A stretch of 53,066 bases of DNA from an uncultured Candidatus Saccharibacteria bacterium (GTDB taxonomy: Bacteria; Patescibacteriota; Saccharimonadia; Saccharimonadales; Saccharimonadaceae), in contig CAMJEK010000001.1 of assembly GCA_946404685.1 (NCBI GenBank), positions 1-53,066 of the forward strand, in the 5' to 3' direction. The notes beneath the pieces were generated by a model. It saw nothing but the letters and a program-made list of their open reading frames with translations, searched no databases and was not told where the DNA came from. How positions within the stretch are numbered: position 1 is the stretch's first letter; every line of letters starts with the position of its first letter. Positions 47,400-53,066 of the stretch are shown here, in pieces. The position numbers were made by a program, and so were the translations under genes.

Positions 47400-48603
47400 A
47401 ATTGGTATAGTCTTTAAATTTGAAACCATCCGTCAGCTCAAGAAGCCATCCTTCTGGATTTCTCTCTTGCTTCTTCCTGTAGCGATTTTGTCTATTTATG
47501 GCCTCTCCGCTCTCCAGAGCTCCAGTATTGAAGATAATATCACTGGCACGGATTTTAGCGAGAGAAAAGTCGGTCTCACTGATGAGGCTGGCATCTTCTC
47601 TGAAGAAAACCCGATGTTCGTGAAGGTTGAATCAGAAGAAAAAGGTATCGAAAGCATCAAAAATAAGTCTCTCGACCTCTATTACTATGTTCCGGCCAAC
47701 TTCGCGAGCCAGGCTTCGGTCAAAATCTACGATCGCGCTAAAGATACTAGCCTCATGTCCTTCAACCAGATTCCGTTTGCGAATGCACTTAAGATGGAAG
47801 TTTATAAGCACATCGATCCAAAAGATATTGCTATCATCGAAAACACCGTTCAATACGAAACTATTGATCTAGACGAAGAGGGCAATCCGACCAGTGTTAT
47901 GGGACGCGCGATTATTCCGCTCGCCATCTTGGTTGTGTTCTACATCCTAGTCTGTGTCTTCGGTAACCGCCTCACCATGGCACTCGTCGAAGAAAAAGAG
48001 AACCGCATTTCTGAGATGATTTTGACCTCAATTTCGGCCAAAAGCCTCGTGATTGGAAAAATCCTTAGCCTCATCGTGCTCGGCTTCGTCCAAATTGCCG
48101 TGTTTGTGACCCCAATTATCGCTGGCGTCATCATCTATCGTGACAACCCGATGGTTGCAAGCATCCTTTCGTCGATCCAACTCGACCCATGGGCCATTAT
48201 CAGCAACCTCTTGCTCCTCGTCTTGTCCTACTTCCTCTTTGCTGGAGCTTGTACCCTTACTGGTTCACTCGTTCCAACCGCCCGCGACGCCTCGCAATAT
48301 ATAGGTATCGCAATGATGGGTACGGTTATGCCACTCATATTCTTCCAGAACTTCTTCTCAACCGATCCAAACATCGTCACCTACATCCTTTCATATTTCC
48401 CACTCTCGGCCCCAATCGCCTTGATGCTTCGAAATGCAGTTGGCAGCTTGCCAACCTACGAGCTTATCCTTGGCATTCTGGATCTCGCTATTTCGTCCTC
48501 CGTCATCCTCTGGCTTACCGTGAGAAGCTTCCAGAAGAACGCCATCAACTTCTCTGTTGTGAAACCACATTTCGGTAAACGCAAGAGTTGGAAACGCGCC
48601 TAA
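47392..48603 (+). CDS. ABC-2 transporter permease (NatB/YhaP-like)
   Basis: EEKENRISEMILTS..GKIL motif, multiple TMs; GGAGG RBS before ATG 47392. Confidence 0.88.
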   Translation: MSKIGIVFKFETIRQLKKPSFWISLLLLPVAILSIYGLSALQSSSIEDNITGTDFSERKVGLTDEAGIFSEENPMFVKVESEEKGIESIKNKSLDLYYYVPANFASQASVKIYDRAKDTSLMSFNQIPFANALKMEVYKHIDPKDIAIIENTVQYETIDLDEEGNPTSVMGRAIIPLAILVVFYILVCVFGNRLTMALVEEKENRISEMILTSISAKSLVIGKILSLIVLGFVQIAVFVTPIIAGVIIYRDNPMVASILSSIQLDPWAIISNLLLLVLSYFLFAGACTLTGSLVPTARDASQYIGIAMMGTVMPLIFFQNFFSTDPNIVTYILSYFPLSAPIALMLRNAVGSLPTYELILGILDLAISSSVILWLTVRSFQKNAINFSVVKPHFGKRKSWKRA

Positions 48604-48604
48604 C

Positions 48605-48634
48605 AAAAATGCCGGCCTAGAGCCGGCAATTTTT
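48605..48634 (+). terminator. Intrinsic terminator
   Basis: TGCCGGC-CTAGA-GCCGGCA plus T tract. Confidence 0.7.
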
Positions 48635-48650
48635 GTGTTATAATATAAAA

Positions 48651-49613
48651 ATGAATATTTGGCAAGAGCTACCGAAACCATTTCTCATCCTCGCACCAAT
48701 GGAGGGTGTAACAGATATGGCTTTTCGCCAGGTGATCGCAAAAGCCGGTCGCCCAGACCTTTTTTATACCGAATTTACGAATGTTTCTAGCTTCGCCTCA
48801 GAAAAAGGTCGTCACAACGCTCTTGAACGCCTTAAGGTTGCCGAAACGGATGCGCCAATTATTGCCCAAATCTGGGGCAAAAATCCCGACCATTTTTCGG
48901 AGCTTAGCTCAGCGCTCCAGTCGCTTGGCTTCTCTGGCGTAGATCTAAACTTTGGCTGCCCAGACAAGCACGTCAATAAGGCTGGCGGTGGCGCTGCTAT
49001 GATCAAGACTCCAGAGCTTGCCGTCGAATGTTACCGCAAGGTCAAAGCCGCCACAAATCTCCCGGTTTCGATTAAAACTCGTCTTGGGTTCACTTATCTT
49101 GATGAATACAAAACCTGGCTCCCAACTCTCTTGAACGAGCATCCAGCTGCCCTCACGGTTCACCTTCGTACTCGCAAGGAAATGTCGAAGGTTGCCGCAC
49201 ACTACGAGCTGATCCCAGAGATTCTCAAGATGCGTGCCGAAATTAGCCCAGAGACGAAGCTCATTATCAATGGCGATATCAAAGATCGTGCCGCCGCCCT
49301 CGAGCTCCATCAAAAGTTTCCAGAGGTGGACGGATTTATGATTGGCCGCGGAGTCTTCCAAAACCCATTCTGTTTTACAGATCACATCGGCACCCACGAC
49401 GAGCTAATGGAACTTCTGAAGCTGCATCTAGATTGCTACGAAAAGATGTTTGCCTCCGCAGGGGATGAGCCAGCCCACTACCCATACGAACCCCTTAAGC
49501 ATTTCTACAAAATCTACATCAATAATTTCCCGGGCGCCTCTGATCTTCGCGCCAAACTAATGGAAACCCACTCCATCGCCGAAGCGCGAGAAATCCTAGC
49601 CGCCTTATCCTAG
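48651..49613 (+). CDS. dus: tRNA-dihydrouridine synthase
   Basis: LAPMEGVTD, YTEF, DLNFGCP, SIKTRLG, VHLRT, NGDI, MIGRG; start 6 nt after TGTTATAAT. Confidence 0.93.
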   Translation: MNIWQELPKPFLILAPMEGVTDMAFRQVIAKAGRPDLFYTEFTNVSSFASEKGRHNALERLKVAETDAPIIAQIWGKNPDHFSELSSALQSLGFSGVDLNFGCPDKHVNKAGGGAAMIKTPELAVECYRKVKAATNLPVSIKTRLGFTYLDEYKTWLPTLLNEHPAALTVHLRTRKEMSKVAAHYELIPEILKMRAEISPETKLIINGDIKDRAAALELHQKFPEVDGFMIGRGVFQNPFCFTDHIGTHDELMELLKLHLDCYEKMFASAGDEPAHYPYEPLKHFYKIYINNFPGASDLRAKLMETHSIAEAREILAALS

Positions 49614-49711
49614 ACTAAATTGACAAAACGTTAGCAATATGCTATAATTATAAAGATATGGCTAAAGCCATTGTTTTTTAACAAACGTGCAAAATGAAAT
49701 GGAGGGAAATT

Positions 49712-50344
49712 ATGAGCAGTTATTCGGATGTACTGGAAATATTCGTGGATCTTAAAAGAAGGTATGATGATGAACGTAACACCGATGAGAAAAAGAAGAT
49801 TCGCGAAGAAGCAAAGCCATACGCAGAAGATTTTTTAAGGGAAGAATTTGATTCGGCATCACTTGTTGAGCTGCTGGGGCCCGAGGCTATCCTGGATCAT
49901 TCCGACTTGGCCAGCGAAGAGACTTTACTTCTGGCTCGTAAGGAGTGGGTAGAAGAGCATTTCGCCGAAATTATCAAGAAAGACTTCAAAAAACTCCAGC
50001 CCGGCATTACCCCGACCTTCGTAGCAGAAAATTGTAGCGAGAGACATCTTCATGATCTAGTTGCCGATGGTTTTACCGTTGAATCGTATGCGAACGAGGA
50101 AGGCGATGCCAAAGTTCTGTTTGATAGACTTGTCGAAATCTACGGATATGATGATTATGATGCAATCGCAAATGTCATCGCCTATGGACTAGTCTCCGAC
50201 TTTGATGAGGACAAGCTGAGAGAATCTTTCAAAGACGCAAGATTGAATGACGACAAGAAGGATTACTATGCGCAGCTGCTGTCTCTTAGTGACTACTGGT
50301 CCTACGAAGATGCTGAAAGGCTCGTCAGTGGGAGGCTTTACTAA
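49712..50344 (+). CDS. Hypothetical acidic helical protein
   Basis: ORF with TTGACA-N17-TATAAT promoter, GGAGG RBS before ATG 49712, and terminator. Confidence 0.75.
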   Translation: MSSYSDVLEIFVDLKRRYDDERNTDEKKKIREEAKPYAEDFLREEFDSASLVELLGPEAILDHSDLASEETLLLARKEWVEEHFAEIIKKDFKKLQPGITPTFVAENCSERHLHDLVADGFTVESYANEEGDAKVLFDRLVEIYGYDDYDAIANVIAYGLVSDFDEDKLRESFKDARLNDDKKDYYAQLLSLSDYWSYEDAERLVSGRLY

Positions 50345-50353
50345 GCACGTTTT

Positions 50354-50387
50354 AAAAGGCGCTCGACCAAAAGTCGGGCGCTTTTTT
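50354..50387 (+). terminator. Intrinsic terminator
   Basis: GCGCTCGAC-CAAAA-GTCGGGCGC plus T6. Confidence 0.75.
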
Positions 50388-50421
50388 GCGCTAAACTTTT
50401 GTTTACGTTATAATTGGCGTT

Positions 50422-51495
50422 ATGCAAGATTTACTAAAACGCCTCGAGGCTCTGTCTGAAAATGTTGCTGCCGCCTGGGAAAAACTCAAGATGGCAGATA
50501 AGCTCGCATCTCTTAAAAAACTCGAGGAAGAAGTAAATGAACCTGAGCTTTGGCAAAATCCAGAACGCGCCAAGGAAAAGAACCAGGAGCTCGCAAAGCT
50601 CACCGACGAAGTCCAGCCTTGGCAACTCTTAAAAACGCAAGCCGAAGATCTGAAAGAGCTTCTAGAACTGGGTGATGAAGAATTGAAAGAGGAACTAGAT
50701 TCTCAAATTTCCGCTATGGAGGAAACTTTTGCAAACCTCAAAAAAGCCCTACGATTCAACAGCCCCTACGATAGCAAAGACGCAATTCTAAGAATTACTG
50801 CCGGTGTCGGTGGAACCGAGGCTATGGATTGGTCCGGCATGCTCGAGCGTATGTATCTCAGATTTGCCGAACAAAACGGCTTCAAAGCGGCCCAAATCGA
50901 ACGTCAAGAAGGTGAAGAAGCCGGCATCAAAACTGGCGTCTATGAAATCTCCGGCCCAAACGCCTATGGTACTCTGAAATCCGAGCATGGTGTCCATCGC
51001 CTAGTCCGTCTCTCGCCATTCAATGCAAATAACCTTCGCCAAACATCGTTTGCCCTCGTCGAAATTCTCCCTGTTATCAAAGCTGATACGGATGTCAAAA
51101 TTGACGAAAAAGATCTCCGTATTGATGTTTACCACTCCGGTGGTCATGGCGGCCAATCCGTCAACACGACGAATTCCGCCGTTCGTATTACCCACCTCCC
51201 GACTAACACCGTCGTCGCCATCCAGAACGAGCGCTCTCAGCTCCAAAACAAGGAGAAAGCCATGGAAATTTTGCGTGGCAAACTCGTCCAGATGCAACTT
51301 GAACAACACGCCGCCACCATCGGCGAGCTTCGTGCTGGTGAATCCGCCGGCTGGGGCCAGCAAATCCGAAACTATGTTCTCCAGCCATATCGCCTTGTAA
51401 AAGACACTCGTACTGGCTACGAAGAGACGGATACCGACGCAGTTCTAGACGGTAAAATCGGCGGTTTCATCGACGCCTACCTAGAGAGTATCTAG
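50422..51495 (+). CDS. prfB: Peptide chain release factor 2 (continuous ORF, no frameshift)
   Basis: GVHRLVRLSPF (SPF), GGHGGQSVN (GGQ), WGQQIRNYVLQPY. Confidence 0.96.
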   Translation: MQDLLKRLEALSENVAAAWEKLKMADKLASLKKLEEEVNEPELWQNPERAKEKNQELAKLTDEVQPWQLLKTQAEDLKELLELGDEELKEELDSQISAMEETFANLKKALRFNSPYDSKDAILRITAGVGGTEAMDWSGMLERMYLRFAEQNGFKAAQIERQEGEEAGIKTGVYEISGPNAYGTLKSEHGVHRLVRLSPFNANNLRQTSFALVEILPVIKADTDVKIDEKDLRIDVYHSGGHGGQSVNTTNSAVRITHLPTNTVVAIQNERSQLQNKEKAMEILRGKLVQMQLEQHAATIGELRAGESAGWGQQIRNYVLQPYRLVKDTRTGYEETDTDAVLDGKIGGFIDAYLESI

Positions 51496-51596
51496 CCCAA
51501 AACTCGTCACCCCTTGAATTTCGAACCAAAAAATGTTATAATAGATAATGTAGTGGGTGTCCATTAATTTTTTTCTCATTAAAGGAGGTGGTTTAA

Positions 51597-52004
51597 TTGA
51601 GAAAACCAATAGAAGCGAAGGGTGAAGTAATGTTCATTGGCAGAACTGGAACAGCGATGCCGTCCGTAGCGGACAATCAGGTCCGCTTCAACTTTAAGCT
51701 CTACGACGATCCCATGAATACTTATGCAACTTTTGCTGCCGTCCTGGGCGTCTTAGGCTATGACTATGAAGAGGAAACGCTCATTCTCACAGCCGACAAG
51801 GATAGCGGCGTCAGCATTACGACGGCAGCCGCAGCCGCAAGAGCATTCCTTCGTCATACCGGAAGTATCGCTACTGCAAAGAACTATCTTGGCCTTGATA
51901 GAACAGAGGTCGTAAGAAACGTTCAGATCCTTCTTATGGATGAAGAAACATCCATCACTATGCCGAAGCGTTTTCCCGCTTCACTGCTCAAGGCGCAGGG
52001 TTAA
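51597..52004 (+). CDS. Hypothetical protein, 135 aa
   Basis: AAAGGAGGTG RBS before a TTG start, own promoter and terminator. Confidence 0.65.
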   Translation: MRKPIEAKGEVMFIGRTGTAMPSVADNQVRFNFKLYDDPMNTYATFAAVLGVLGYDYEEETLILTADKDSGVSITTAAAAARAFLRHTGSIATAKNYLGLDRTEVVRNVQILLMDEETSITMPKRFPASLLKAQG

Positions 52005-52021
52005 TCCCTGCGCTATTTTTT
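51993..52021 (+). terminator. Intrinsic terminator overlapping the stop codon
   Basis: GCGCAGGG-TTAAT-CCCTGCGC plus T tract. Confidence 0.7.
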
Positions 52022-52100
52022 GCGCAAAAAATCACAAAAAATCTTCAAATTTTAAGATAAAAACCCTTGTAAATCATCATAAAACGTGATAAAATAAACG

Positions 52101-52192
52101 TGTTATCTAGACGAAGGAGTAGGTCCACCCCTGGAAACCACTCGTAGGTCTAGTTTTAATAGTGTTAAAAAATTTAAGGGAAAGGAAATAGA
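52101..52192 (+). promoter_or_regulatory. Structured r-protein operon leader upstream of rplC
   Basis: TTGTAA-N17-TAAAAT promoter; nested stems CTAGAC/GTCTAG, GAGT/ACTC, GGT/ACC, CCA/TGG. Confidence 0.5.
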
Positions 52193-52813
52193 ATGCAAGT
52201 CATTCTCGGCACCAAAATTGGTATGACCCAGATCATCGGCGCTGATGGTATCGTGACTCCAGTTACGATTCTTCAAGCCGGCCCAGCCACAGTGACTCAG
52301 ATTAAAACCGTCGAAACCGATGGTTATAACGCTGTGCAGGTGGGTTACGGTCAGGGTAAGAATCTGAGCAAGTCGGTTTCCGGCCACCTCAAAAAGGCTG
52401 GAGAAAATATCAACCCTAAGGTCCTTAAGGAATTCCGCGTTGAGGAACTTCCTGAAGGCATGAAACTTGGTGACGTTATCACTGTCGAAAGCTTCAACCT
52501 TGGTGATAAGGTCGCTGTGACCGGTATCTCAAAAGGTAAAGGCTTCGCTGGTACCGTCAAGCGCTGGAACTTCCAGGAATCCCGCAACACCCACGGCTTC
52601 AAGGGCGACATTCGTAAAGTCGGTTCTATCGGCTCAATGTACCCACAAAAAGTCTTCAAGGGTAAAAGGATGCCAGGACGTATGGGCCACGACCAAGTTA
52701 CTGTTAAAAATCTTGTTGTCGCCTACATCGACAAAGAAAACAACCTCCTTGGTCTTAAGGGCGCTGTCCCAGGTCCAAAGAACGGTATCATAAGCGTGGA
52801 GGGAAAGGACTAA
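52193..52813 (+). CDS. rplC: 50S ribosomal protein L3
   Basis: [40 protein letters not shown]. Confidence 0.97.
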   Translation: MQVILGTKIGMTQIIGADGIVTPVTILQAGPATVTQIKTVETDGYNAVQVGYGQGKNLSKSVSGHLKKAGENINPKVLKEFRVEELPEGMKLGDVITVESFNLGDKVAVTGISKGKGFAGTVKRWNFQESRNTHGFKGDIRKVGSIGSMYPQKVFKGKRMPGRMGHDQVTVKNLVVAYIDKENNLLGLKGAVPGPKNGIISVEGKD

Positions 52814-52814
52814 T

Positions 52815-53066
52815 ATGGCTACATTAAACAAAGATGTCTTCGGCCTCTCAGTCGAAAACCACGAACTTATCAAACTCGCTTATGACGCATACCTCGCAAA
52901 CTCACGCAGCTCTCATGCAAAAACCATGACCCGTGCAGAAGTTAGCGGTGGTGGCAAAAAACCATGGAAACAAAAAGGTACTGGTCGCGCACGCTTTGGC
53001 TCAACCCGCAACCCTATCTGGCGCCATGGTGGTGTTGCCTTCGGTCGCACCGGTGAAGAAAACTTC
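52815..53066 (+). CDS. rplD: 50S ribosomal protein L4 (runs off window end)
   Basis: [39 protein letters not shown]. Confidence 0.95.
   Translation, partial: MATLNKDVFGLSVENHELIKLAYDAYLANSRSSHAKTMTRAEVSGGGKKPWKQKGTGRARFGSTRNPIWRHGGVAFGRTGEENF

Overview
Compact bacterial chromosome segment, standard genetic code (TGA is used as stop and RF2 is present). Gene content and style (leaderless genes, PilB ATPase, MurT/GatD, LigA without Zn finger, FISUMP-domain surface proteins) point to Patescibacteria, most likely Saccharibacteria (TM7); this is inferred, not database-confirmed. It holds about 45 CDS (pilB, lemA, htpX, ligA, ftsH, pepN, gpmI, murT/gatD, hisS, rsmA, serS, hpf, secA, murL/murD, dus, prfB, rplC, partial rplD) and 8 tRNAs (Arg, Cys, Gly, Pro, Leu, Lys, Val, Phe). 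The most unusual signals are non-coding. Four tRNA 3' ends carry hairpin repeats built from copies of their own acceptor ends, with accessory genes beyond them. An unannotated module of structured leader, 28-aa peptide and antisense RNA resembles a type I toxin-antitoxin system. A pseudoknotted riboswitch-like leader precedes an 85-aa gene, a stand-alone sRNA candidate lies at about 35.9 kb, and a near-consensus antisense promoter with an ATG-TGA start-stop faces secA. Four modular surface proteins share an N-terminal domain, three of them FISUMP proteins with possible DGR-type variable ends. No CRISPR array, integrase, transposase or reverse transcriptase was seen.
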